From Deferribacterales bacterium (GTDB lineage Bacteria; Chrysiogenota; Deferribacteres; Deferribacterales; Geovibrionaceae): a DNA stretch of 64,000 nt. Location: NCBI GenBank assembly GCA_050253075.1, contig JBFWJS010000006.1, positions 1-64,000 of the forward strand, in the 5' to 3' direction. Shown one piece after another: positions 30,258 to 38,560 of this stretch. The notes under the pieces were generated by a model. The model was not told the origin of the DNA. It made no database searches and worked only from the letters and a program-made list of their open reading frames with translations. The translations under genes were made by a program, and so were the position numbers. Position 1 is the stretch's first letter. Each line of letters starts with the position of its first letter.

Positions 30258-30868
30258 GACTCGACACTCTCTAAAAGCCCTCTGATGCCTGCATAATGGT
30301 ATGCCCAGCTCATTGTAAATGCCGCCTTTATATCTTTCTCTTTTTCAAATGCGGTTAATATATCCAGCAGACCTCGGATGGTGTCAGCCAGCCTGTTCTT
30401 AAATGTGAAAAGCATCATCTTGTTTTCTATAAGTACTTTATTGCCTTTGATGGATTCGTTTATCATCATGTTGAAATAGCTGTTCCGCACAGACTCATAG
30501 ATAGACCCGTCAGCCCTATCCAGGAGTATTACAGTCTTTACCCTGTTCTTTACCCAGAACTTCAGCAGGTTGTTTGCATCCCTATTCTTCTCTAATGATT
30601 TGATGCTGACATCATTCATGATCTCTGCGCTGAGCGTCTTTACACGCTTCTCTGTCAGCATGTAAAGCTCGTTGATGAACTCTTCGGTTATAACTGTCCG
30701 GAACAGCTCGTCTTTATTTGAAAAATACTTATATATATTACCGGTGGCAACGTCGGCCTCTTCTGCTATCAGCCCCATTGTCGCACCCTTATATCCCTCG
30801 TGGAAAAACAGTCTCTCTGCTGCTTCTAATATCCTGAGCCTTACTTCTTCTTTCAATACCTGTGCCAT
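30254..30868 (-). CDS. TetR/AcrR family regulator
   Basis: MAQVLKEEVRLRILEAA...IAEEADVATGNIYKYFSNKDELF; AGGAG RBS. Confidence 0.9.
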   Translation of the reverse strand: MAQVLKEEVRLRILEAAERLFFHEGYKGATMGLIAEEADVATGNIYKYFSNKDELFRTVITEEFINELYMLTEKRVKTLSAEIMNDVSIKSLEKNRDANNLLKFWVKNRVKTVILLDRADGSIYESVRNSYFNMMINESIKGNKVLIENKMMLFTFKNRLADTIRGLLDILTAFEKEKDIKAAFTMSWAYHYAGIRGLLESVES

Positions 30869-30885
30869 AAATACTCCTGCAGTAA

Positions 30886-30904
30886 AATGAATTATATATT
30901 CATT
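30886..30904. promoter_or_regulatory. Probable TetR operator
   Basis: AATGAAT-N5-ATTCATT palindrome immediately upstream of tetR. Confidence 0.55.
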
Positions 30905-30952
30905 ATTAGAATATGCAAGTGCAAATGTGAGACAGGTCTTATTTTACTGGTA

Positions 30953-31201
30953 TTATTTAGAAATAATCGCTTCGACAGCCTTTTGTACGTCTGCTGTGCT
31001 GTAGGATTCGTTCCCACATCCAACATCGGCAAATGGCTCATAGTCTTCGAGTCTTTCGATGAGGTCTTCGATAAGGTCGTGGTCGGTATATTTAGACGGG
31101 TTATGGCATATGTCTCTTATCATCTCGAGCAGATTGTTCGGCAGGTCTTCATCACGGCTGGCTCTTTCGGCTTCTTTTAACAGTTTTTCAAAGAGGTCCA
31201 T
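30953..31201 (-). CDS. Small acidic hypothetical protein
   Basis: 82-aa ORF with AAGGAG RBS. Confidence 0.65.
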   Translation of the reverse strand: MDLFEKLLKEAERASRDEDLPNNLLEMIRDICHNPSKYTDHDLIEDLIERLEDYEPFADVGCGNESYSTADVQKAVEAIISK

Positions 31202-31283
31202 AAATCATCTCCTTCAAAGAACATATGTTTATAAATATATATAGTCCATTTCCTATCTGTTTTAAAGCGTTTTTAAGCCTGAT

Positions 31284-31346
31284 TTATTTTTAAAGGGCTA
31301 TGATTTTATATTATCAGGTGATATTTTCGTTAGAGGTGAAAATAAC
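31284..31346. repeat. Spaced motif copy B
   Basis: Same four blocks and spacing as 29689-29751, in direct orientation. Confidence 0.7.
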
Positions 31347-31360
31347 GCTTCTGTCGTGTT

Positions 31361-31792
31361 TTACATCATTTTCAGCGTTATATAGGTCAGAAATGCGTAT
31401 CGGGCACCCTTTCCCGCCAGCACGAGAGCCGAAAAAGGCAGAATATTATACTTCATCACCCCGCTGACAAAACAGAGTGGATCTCCTATGACGGGCAGCC
31501 ATGAAAACAGCAGTGAGGCCCTGCCGTATTTTTCATATATTCTCGTAACCTTCGCCCTCTTCTCAGGGCTGATCTTTAGAACCCTCTCTGTGAGGAAATC
31601 ACTGCCGAAGTATCCTATATAATATGTAGTCACGGCACCGAGATAATTTCCGCATGTAGCCGTAGCCGTCAGTAGTACAGGGTCCAGCCCTTTCATCAGC
31701 AGCGCAGCGAGCAGCCATTCGCTCCCGAGGGGTAAAACAGACGAAGCAGCGAGGCTCATAAAGAACATTCCGATATATCCGTATTCTTCCAT
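31361..31792 (-). CDS. YqaA family (DedA/VTT) membrane protein
   Basis: LPLGSE, GNYLG, LLFSWLPVIGDPL, GKGARY. Confidence 0.88.
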   Translation of the reverse strand: MEEYGYIGMFFMSLAASSVLPLGSEWLLAALLMKGLDPVLLTATATCGNYLGAVTTYYIGYFGSDFLTERVLKISPEKRAKVTRIYEKYGRASLLFSWLPVIGDPLCFVSGVMKYNILPFSALVLAGKGARYAFLTYITLKMM

Positions 31793-31896
31793 AAGCCTTT
31801 ATATCAGATTTAATCAGATAAATCACAGTCATCTTATTGCATTTATGCGTAAATATTGTATAACAGAAGTCTTATTTTCAAACCGAAGGACACAAG

Positions 31897-32535
31897 ATGA
31901 GCTTAGTTATTTTCGATATGGACGGAACGGTAATAGATACTATTCAGGATATACATTCTTCACTTTTAACAACGCTGGAACACTACGGACTCCCACCCGT
32001 TTCACTGGACATGACAAAACAGTATGTAGGAAGCGGCATGAGGAAACTTGTCATAAATGCCGTAGGCGAACATCTGTTTAAAGACGAGATGGAGACATAT
32101 TTCAGAACGATTTACAAAGACCGTATGATGGATAACACCGCTGTTATAAAGGGTTTTAAGCCTGTTTTCGAGCTGATAGAAAAGCGTGCGGACATACAGA
32201 CGGCGATACTTTCAAATAAGAACCGCCAGATAGTGGACGACATGATTCAGGCATTCAGGCTTCAGCAATACTTTGACCAATGGTACGGCGGAGACAGCTA
32301 CGGCGTGAAGAAGCCCGCCCCGGACGGCGTCATCGGGATAATGAGTGAATTCGACTCTGCTCCGTCAGAAACTCTAATGATAGGAGATAGTTCAGGCGAT
32401 ATCCTCGCAGGAAAGAGTGCAGGTGCTAAAACTTGCTTTTGCACTTACGGTTATGGTACTCTGAAAAATGTAACGGCTGACTATACGGCCGACTCACCTG
32501 CCGATATTCTTGCTATCCTGGAGGATCTGAAGTGA
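31897..32535 (+). CDS. HAD phosphatase, phosphoglycolate phosphatase-like
   Basis: FDMDGT, LSNK, KKPAP, IGDSSGD. Confidence 0.88.
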   Translation: MSLVIFDMDGTVIDTIQDIHSSLLTTLEHYGLPPVSLDMTKQYVGSGMRKLVINAVGEHLFKDEMETYFRTIYKDRMMDNTAVIKGFKPVFELIEKRADIQTAILSNKNRQIVDDMIQAFRLQQYFDQWYGGDSYGVKKPAPDGVIGIMSEFDSAPSETLMIGDSSGDILAGKSAGAKTCFCTYGYGTLKNVTADYTADSPADILAILEDLK

Positions 32536-33833
32536 AAAGAAAAGCCTTTTACGCAGACTATATATACTACGAAGGCGAACTGCACAAAGACAAGTATCTC
32601 CTTGTCACAGGGGATAAAATACACGGAATAGTCAACCACGCAGACGAGGAAGGCGCCAGCGGATATGAGGTGGAATACTTTCATAACTCTGCCATCTTTC
32701 CAGGTCTGGTGAATACCCATACACACCTGCCAATGACACTTTTCAGAGGCATGGCGGACGACCTTGCACTTATGGACTGGCTTCAGAATCATATATGGCC
32801 GGCCGAGACAAAATGGCTCTCAGAGGAATTCGTTTTAAACGCTACGGAGCTCGCCGCTATAGAGATGATAAAGTCAGGGACGACAACAAGTTGCGACATG
32901 TACTTCATCTCCGACATCATAGCCTCTTCCATAGCGAAAGCGGGCATGAAAGCCGTTATCGGTGCGGGTATACTGGACTTCCCTACTAAATTCGGCAAAG
33001 GTCCCGACGACTACATAGCAAAGGCGGCTGATCTATACCTTAAATATCAGGATAACAAACTGATAGATATATCACTTTGTCCTCATGCCCCATACACAGT
33101 CAGCCCTGATACATATATTAAATGTGTCGAGTTTTGCGGGAAGCACGATATCCTGCTCCACACCCACCTCGCCGAGGCATCAAACGAAAGACCTGATGCT
33201 ATTGAAAAATACGGCAAATCAACAGTACAGATAATGGACGAGGTCGGCGCTTTCGACCTTGATAAATCTATATTCGCCCACTGCGTACACCTCACAGATG
33301 ATGAGATAGATTTGATGGGTAAGAAGAAAGTGAATGTTGCGCTGAATATTCAGAGCAATATGAAGCTGGCTAACGGCTTTGCCCCTGCGCAAAAGATGCT
33401 CGATGCGGGCGTAAACCTAACCATAGGTACAGACGGCGCAGCCAGCAATAACGACCTCGACATGATTAGCGAGATGCAGACACAGGCTCTCGTGCATAAG
33501 GGTGTTCAGATGGATGCCACAGCCTTCCCCGCTGAAACAGTTTTAAAAATGGGGACGGTGAACGGCGCAAACGGTCTGGGGATCAGGAAAACGGGCGAGC
33601 TGAAACGTGGGAACCTTGCGGATTTTATCGTTGTTTCCTATGACGCCCCGCACATGACACCTGTTTACGACCCGATATCACACCTTATATATTCAGCGAA
33701 ATCCACAGATGTGACACACACATACGTAAACGGTCAGTGTCTCATGAAAGACCGCAAAGTGCTCACTCTGGATGAAGAACAGGTTAAAGAAGATGCCCGC
33801 AGATGGGCTCAGAAGATAAAAGAGAATAAATAG
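32532..33833 (+). CDS. mtaD: Amidohydrolase, MTA/SAH deaminase family
   Basis: PGLVNTHTH, RGMADDL, PHAPY, HTHLAE, GTDGAASNN. Confidence 0.8.
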   Translation: MKRKAFYADYIYYEGELHKDKYLLVTGDKIHGIVNHADEEGASGYEVEYFHNSAIFPGLVNTHTHLPMTLFRGMADDLALMDWLQNHIWPAETKWLSEEFVLNATELAAIEMIKSGTTTSCDMYFISDIIASSIAKAGMKAVIGAGILDFPTKFGKGPDDYIAKAADLYLKYQDNKLIDISLCPHAPYTVSPDTYIKCVEFCGKHDILLHTHLAEASNERPDAIEKYGKSTVQIMDEVGAFDLDKSIFAHCVHLTDDEIDLMGKKKVNVALNIQSNMKLANGFAPAQKMLDAGVNLTIGTDGAASNNDLDMISEMQTQALVHKGVQMDATAFPAETVLKMGTVNGANGLGIRKTGELKRGNLADFIVVSYDAPHMTPVYDPISHLIYSAKSTDVTHTYVNGQCLMKDRKVLTLDEEQVKEDARRWAQKIKENK

Positions 33834-33849
33834 TAGATAGAGGATTTAA

Positions 33850-35286
33850 ATGGAAGATTACAAAGGTTACTCAAACCCGCTCTCAGAGCGATATGCGAGC
33901 AAGGAGATGCTTTACCTCTTCTCCCCGCATAAGAAATTCACCACATGGAGAAAGCTGTGGATAGCCCTCGCCGAATCTGAAAAAGAGCTCGGCCTGAACA
34001 TCACAGAAGAGCAAGTAGCAGAGCTTAAAGCTAATGTAGAAAACATCGACTTCGAATATGCAGCGCAGATGGAGCGCAAGTTCCGTCACGACGTTATGGC
34101 GCACGTACACACATACGGCGAATGCTGTCCGAAGGCAATGCCTATCATCCACCTTGGTGCGACATCCGCATACGTCGGCGACAACACTGACGCCATTGTA
34201 CTCAAAGAAGGTATGGAGCTGGTGCGTAAAAAGCTCGTAAACGTAATGGACAACATGGCCAAATTCGCACGCCAGTATAAGAATGTCCCTACCCTCGGCT
34301 TTACACACTTTCAGCCGGCACAGCTCACCACAGTTGGTAAGCGTGCATGTCTCTGGCTTCAGGACTTCGTGCTTGATTTCGAAGCTCTTGAATTCGCCAT
34401 TGAGAACATCCGCTTCAGAGGCGTAAAGGGAACAACAGGCACACAGGCATCTTTCCTTCACCTTTTCGACGGAAACCATGAGAAAGTTAAAGAGCTTGAT
34501 AAGATGGTAACAGCTAAGATGGGATTCGACAAAGTCCTCACTATCACAGGCCAGACATACACCAGAAAGCAGGACACGAGAGTGCTTTCCGTACTCGCTC
34601 AGATAGCGGAAACAACCCACAAGATGGCGACAGACCTTCGCCTCCTCGCAAACCTGAAAGAGATCGAAGAGCCTTTTGAGAAGAACCAGATCGGCTCCAG
34701 CGCAATGGCCTACAAGCGTAACCCTATGAGAAGCGAACGTGTGTGCTCACTCGCACGCCACGTCATCGCCCTCGGCATGAACCCATACATGACACACGCC
34801 ACGCAGTGGTTTGAGCGTACTCTGGACGACTCTGCAAACCGCCGTATAGGCATTTCAGAGGCTTTCCTCTGCATAGACTCCATCCTTGAACTGCTTTACA
34901 ATATCACAAACGGACTCGTTGTTTACGAGCGCATGATAGAGAAGCGTGTCATGGAGGAACTTCCGTTCATGGCTACTGAGAACATCATCATGGAGTCCGT
35001 AAAACGCGGCGCAGACAGACAGGAGATGCACGAATCCGTGAGGGTTGCATCTATGGAAGCGGGTAAACGTGTTAAGATGGAAGGCCAGTCAAACGACCTC
35101 CTCGACAGACTCGCAGATGATAAATCTGTTCCGCTGAATAAAGACGAGATACTCGCCCTCCTCGACCCTATTAAGTTCGTGGGACGTGCTCCGGAGCAGG
35201 TCGATCAGTTCCTCGCTGAGGAAGTTGACACTGTAATTTCTACATACTCCGCCCTTCTCGGCATGGACGTAGACATCAAAGTATAA
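33850..35286 (+). CDS. purB: Adenylosuccinate lyase
   Basis: RHDVMAH, HLGATS, GFTHFQPAQ, GSSAMAYKRNP. Confidence 0.96.
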   Translation: MEDYKGYSNPLSERYASKEMLYLFSPHKKFTTWRKLWIALAESEKELGLNITEEQVAELKANVENIDFEYAAQMERKFRHDVMAHVHTYGECCPKAMPIIHLGATSAYVGDNTDAIVLKEGMELVRKKLVNVMDNMAKFARQYKNVPTLGFTHFQPAQLTTVGKRACLWLQDFVLDFEALEFAIENIRFRGVKGTTGTQASFLHLFDGNHEKVKELDKMVTAKMGFDKVLTITGQTYTRKQDTRVLSVLAQIAETTHKMATDLRLLANLKEIEEPFEKNQIGSSAMAYKRNPMRSERVCSLARHVIALGMNPYMTHATQWFERTLDDSANRRIGISEAFLCIDSILELLYNITNGLVVYERMIEKRVMEELPFMATENIIMESVKRGADRQEMHESVRVASMEAGKRVKMEGQSNDLLDRLADDKSVPLNKDEILALLDPIKFVGRAPEQVDQFLAEEVDTVISTYSALLGMDVDIKV

Positions 35287-35293
35287 CAAAATC

Positions 35294-35466
35294 GTCATTG
35301 CGAGGAGTGAAACGACGCGGCAATCTTAGCCCTCGTTTTGTTAAATTATCAAATTCCAAGGGGAGCATCTGCTCCCCTTTTTTATTCAGCTAATATGTCA
35401 TTGCGAGCAAAGCGAAGCAATCTTAGAAATCATTTCAATACACAATCCATCGTCATGCTGACGAAA
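35294..35466. repeat. Cluster of GTCA-tagged REP units
   Basis: GTCATTGCGAGGAGTGAAACGACGCGGCAATCT (35294), GTCATTGCGAGCAAAGCGAAGCAATCT (35397), partial GTCATGCTGACG (35452). Confidence 0.75.
35358..35385 (+). terminator. Intrinsic terminator after purB
   Basis: AAGGGGAGC-atct-GCTCCCCTT followed by a T-run. Confidence 0.8.
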
Positions 35467-35471
35467 ATAGT

Positions 35472-36674
35472 TTAAAATTGTACATTGCGGGTGCCGTCTG
35501 GACGCCATGCGGGGGAAATGGTCTTTGCTCCCCTCCTCTTACAGTTTAGGACAGAGGCGTAAGAGACGACCTGCTTGCCGTATTTATCGTTAATTTTATC
35601 AATGGTGTCATATATATCAGGCCAGCCCTGAAAGTCGTCCATGATATTCGAAAGCATAACGCACCCCGGCACTAGAGAGCCGAGTGAAACACCTAAGAGT
35701 CTGATGGGATACCCTGTCCATAGCTCGTCGAATATGGTCATGGCTATCTCGTAAATGTGGTGCGTGGCGGATGTGAAAAAGCCGAAGGTATGCCTGCGCC
35801 CTACTGTGCCCATGTCGCTGTCCCTGATAGTAAGGTGCAGTGTCTTGCCTGAGTAGCCGTTCTTCCTGGCTCTGGCGGAGACCATCTCTGAAAGCTGAAG
35901 GATATATCCTGCTGCGTCTTCTCTGTTGTGCAGGTTATGCGGGATGGTCATGCTGTGTCCGATAGATTTTACGGGTGTTTCTTTGTGTTCTACGCCGTCT
36001 GTATAGCCGCCGTGAGCCATTTGGAATATTTTACTGCCGTTGATGCCAAACATCTCGCAAAGTCGTTCCTCGCCGAATTTACGAATGTCTGCGGTATTGA
36101 ATATGCCCATATTGCGGAATTTATTATTCAGTCTGCGCCCTATCCCCCATATGTCGCCCAGCTCGAAGCTGTCCATAAAGTCCTTTGCCTCGTCTGGCTC
36201 TACCATATAAAAGCCGTCGGGCTTGTGAACGCCTGACGCCATCTTTGCCACGAGTTTGTTCGGGCCTATGCCTATGGAGCAGGTGACGTTGAAGTTGCGT
36301 TTCACGTGGCTTTTTATCATGTATGCGAGCGCCGTAGGGTCCTGTTCGCAGTCGGATATATCTAGGAACGCCTCGTCTATGGAATAAACCTCGACCTCCG
36401 GCGTTATGGTTTTTAAAAATTTGGTTATCTCGGTGGATACGTGGGTGTATATGCGGTTGCTGGTGGTGACAAGCTCCACGGATGGACATATTTTCATAGC
36501 CTCGTATTTGCTCATTCCTGTGCGCACGCCGAGAGCCCTCGCCTCGTAAGAGCATGTGACGACAACGGTACGCTCCCTTGCGCCGATAACGGCTATGGGC
36601 TTACCACGCAGGTGCGGGTTTGCCGCCTGTTCCACAGATGCAAAGAATGCATCCATGTCCATACAGAGGATCAT
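35472..36674 (-). CDS. dinB: Y-family DNA polymerase (Pol IV/PolY)
   Basis: MDMDAFFASVE, SYEAR, YSIDEAFLD, KLVAKMAS, RLLGV. Confidence 0.92.
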   Translation of the reverse strand: MILCMDMDAFFASVEQAANPHLRGKPIAVIGARERTVVVTCSYEARALGVRTGMSKYEAMKICPSVELVTTSNRIYTHVSTEITKFLKTITPEVEVYSIDEAFLDISDCEQDPTALAYMIKSHVKRNFNVTCSIGIGPNKLVAKMASGVHKPDGFYMVEPDEAKDFMDSFELGDIWGIGRRLNNKFRNMGIFNTADIRKFGEERLCEMFGINGSKIFQMAHGGYTDGVEHKETPVKSIGHSMTIPHNLHNREDAAGYILQLSEMVSARARKNGYSGKTLHLTIRDSDMGTVGRRHTFGFFTSATHHIYEIAMTIFDELWTGYPIRLLGVSLGSLVPGCVMLSNIMDDFQGWPDIYDTIDKINDKYGKQVVSYASVLNCKRRGAKTISPAWRPDGTRNVQF

Positions 36675-36925
36675 TGTCCGTCACCCTCGTCCATCGCCTC
36701 CAGATACCAGCAGGCATCCATTGCGCTGAACGAAAGCTCAAACACATTAAAACCGTCTGTGACTGTGTATTTATGGATGATGTCGGCTCCGTCTCGCTCT
36801 TTCCATCGATAGCAGATCTCTTTCACGACGACTTTTTCACCGTGAAGGCTGAACCAGACAGGCTTTGGAGAGCTTTCGAAGACAGCTCCGACACGCACCC
36901 GCTCGTGCAGGTTTAAAAGCATCAT
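36671..36925 (-). CDS. Small beta-rich protein, putative PolY accessory (DUF6504/YolD-like)
   Basis: 84 aa, PVWF..GE..V.EI..RW motif; stop overlaps the dinB start. Confidence 0.65.
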   Translation of the reverse strand: MMLLNLHERVRVGAVFESSPKPVWFSLHGEKVVVKEICYRWKERDGADIIHKYTVTDGFNVFELSFSAMDACWYLEAMDEGDGQ

Positions 36926-36963
36926 ATCTCCGATAAATTGTGTATTAGTTTAAGGCGAAAGAC

Positions 36964-37569
36964 CTAAACAGGGTCAAACATATGGCCGCGCTCTGCCATG
37001 CGCATCACCATCTTTAATATGCCGATAACCTCGAAATTGTCGTATTCGGTGACTGGTATCGGGTCGAAGTCTTCGTTTGCCGGCATAAGGAAGATGCCCT
37101 CATCGTTTTGTCTGAATGTTTTAAGGGTTACCTCGCCATTAATGCGGAAGGCTCCTATCTGTCCGTTCAGGATGACAGGGCTTGGCTTTATAAGTACATA
37201 ATCGCCGTCGAGTATTGCCTCATCCTTCATACTGTCGCCGTCGACAGTGAGGAAGAAGTGCCCTCCTGAGCGTATGGTCAGGCGGTCGAGCTTCATATAG
37301 CCTTCGATGTGCTCTTCTGCCTCGACAGGTACGCCCGCCTTGATGCGTCCGAGAACGGGTATGCCCGTATTCGGCATTTCGATGCCTCTGGCTATGCTGT
37401 TTGAACGGTTCAAAAGCCCGTTGTCGCTGAGCCTGTCGAGCATCTTTTTAACGCTGGCGGTGGACGACAGACCGAGCCCCTTGGCTATCTCTCTGATGGA
37501 AGGGCTGTATCCGTTATCCCTGATGAATCCCTCGATAAAGTCCATAAACTTCTTCTGTCTGTCTGTCAT
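36964..37569 (-). CDS. lexA: SOS repressor LexA
   Basis: MTDRQ, PSIREIA wHTH, Ala-Gly cleavage site (KAGVP), GDSM Ser, VTLK Lys; GAGGTG RBS. Confidence 0.93.
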   Translation of the reverse strand: MTDRQKKFMDFIEGFIRDNGYSPSIREIAKGLGLSSTASVKKMLDRLSDNGLLNRSNSIARGIEMPNTGIPVLGRIKAGVPVEAEEHIEGYMKLDRLTIRSGGHFFLTVDGDSMKDEAILDGDYVLIKPSPVILNGQIGAFRINGEVTLKTFRQNDEGIFLMPANEDFDPIPVTEYDNFEVIGILKMVMRMAERGHMFDPV

Positions 37570-37644
37570 TATGCACCTCACTAATGAGCCTGAAGCCTGC
37601 TCCGCCTGCTGCAAGTCCTTTTGCATCAGCGGGTCAAACCAGAG

Positions 37645-37695
37645 CAAACAAGTGTTCGCCTATTCTTATTTTAATGTAAAACGGGGTAATGTCAA
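37645..37695 (-). promoter_or_regulatory. lexA promoter with adjacent candidate SOS box
   Basis: TTGACA-N16-TAAAAT, then CGAAC-ACTT-GTTTG (37658-37645). Confidence 0.6.
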
Positions 37696-37697
37696 TA

Positions 37698-38498
37698 TTA
37701 TTTTGATCTTTTTGCGAATTTGCCCGGGGGCGCACCGATGGATTCACGAAACATCTTAATAAAAGCACTGAGGCTCGAGTATCCCAGATCAAAAGCTATG
37801 CCCGTGACATCCTCCCCCTCTCCCAGCCTTTTTATCGCCTCCTGAAGGCGCAGACGCTTCCGCCATTCGTAGAATGTGAGCCCCGTGTCTTTCAGGAAAA
37901 GTCTGGCAAGGGTGCGGGCACTGGCACCTGCACTTAATGCGTAATCGTCCAATCCCCGCTTATCTGAAGGATCTTTTAAAAGTTCGTTTAAAACCCTCAT
38001 CAGCCTTTCATCACGGGCAAGGGGCAGACGGATATCTGTAGGAACAGCTTCTGAAAGCTCGTCTATGATAACTGTCATGAGGCGGTAAGTTCTGCTCTGT
38101 TTCACATATGTTTGCTTATCGGATATTTTTGACACTAATTCTCTCAGCAGAGGCGAAACTTCGAAAACCATACATTCACCAGAAAGACCCGATGTAAAGT
38201 CGGGGTCGATGAACAGGTTCCGAATTGTGACTTCACCGGGAAAAAAGACCTCGTGCTCTGTGAACGGAGGCACCCATACTGCCTGTGAGCTGGGGACTAT
38301 CCATATATCCTTCTCACAGATAACCTTCATGGTTCCGCTGCCTGCATAGATCAGCTGTCCCCTCGGGTGTTTATGGGGTGCGGCGCAGCCTGCATCTTTC
38401 ACATTCATAGAGAAAGGTATCACGGGCAGATCAGGATTTAAGATGTAGCCTATCTCGACAGGCGGGATAAGTGTCATATTTTCTATATTCATTGACAT
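37698..38498 (-). CDS. AraC family regulator with cupin sensor (NimR-like)
   Basis: HKHPRGQLIYA, AVWVPP, SARTLARLF, LGYSSLSAFI; start uncertain. Confidence 0.88.
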   Translation of the reverse strand: MSMNIENMTLIPPVEIGYILNPDLPVIPFSMNVKDAGCAAPHKHPRGQLIYAGSGTMKVICEKDIWIVPSSQAVWVPPFTEHEVFFPGEVTIRNLFIDPDFTSGLSGECMVFEVSPLLRELVSKISDKQTYVKQSRTYRLMTVIIDELSEAVPTDIRLPLARDERLMRVLNELLKDPSDKRGLDDYALSAGASARTLARLFLKDTGLTFYEWRKRLRLQEAIKRLGEGEDVTGIAFDLGYSSLSAFIKMFRESIGAPPGKFAKRSK

Positions 38499-38560
38499 AA
38501 TATAGCAAGATTGCCATATGCTCACAAGTTATATTAGATAAACACTGTCAGGAGGCACAT

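Noticed and set aside
29689..31346. CGTTAGA-containing motifs as integron attC sites
   Set aside because: No properly placed RYYYAAC/GTTRRRY pair enclosing a long palindrome, no integrase, genes not arranged as cassettes
32532..33833. Amidohydrolase as aminofutalosine deaminase partnering mqnD
   Set aside because: Possible, but motifs fit the general MtaD family and it is 14 kb from mqnD; not distinguishable by eye
37570..37647. N-terminal extension of LexA in the ORF track (similar extensions for pyrR, dcuB, rluB and the M16 peptidase)
   Set aside because: Better RBS-linked starts lie downstream; for lexA, pyrR and the M16 peptidase the extensions run through leader or repeat DNA
38503..38516. 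TGGCAATCTTGC as a sigma54 promoter
   Set aside because: Spacing between GG and GC is too short for a -24/-12 element
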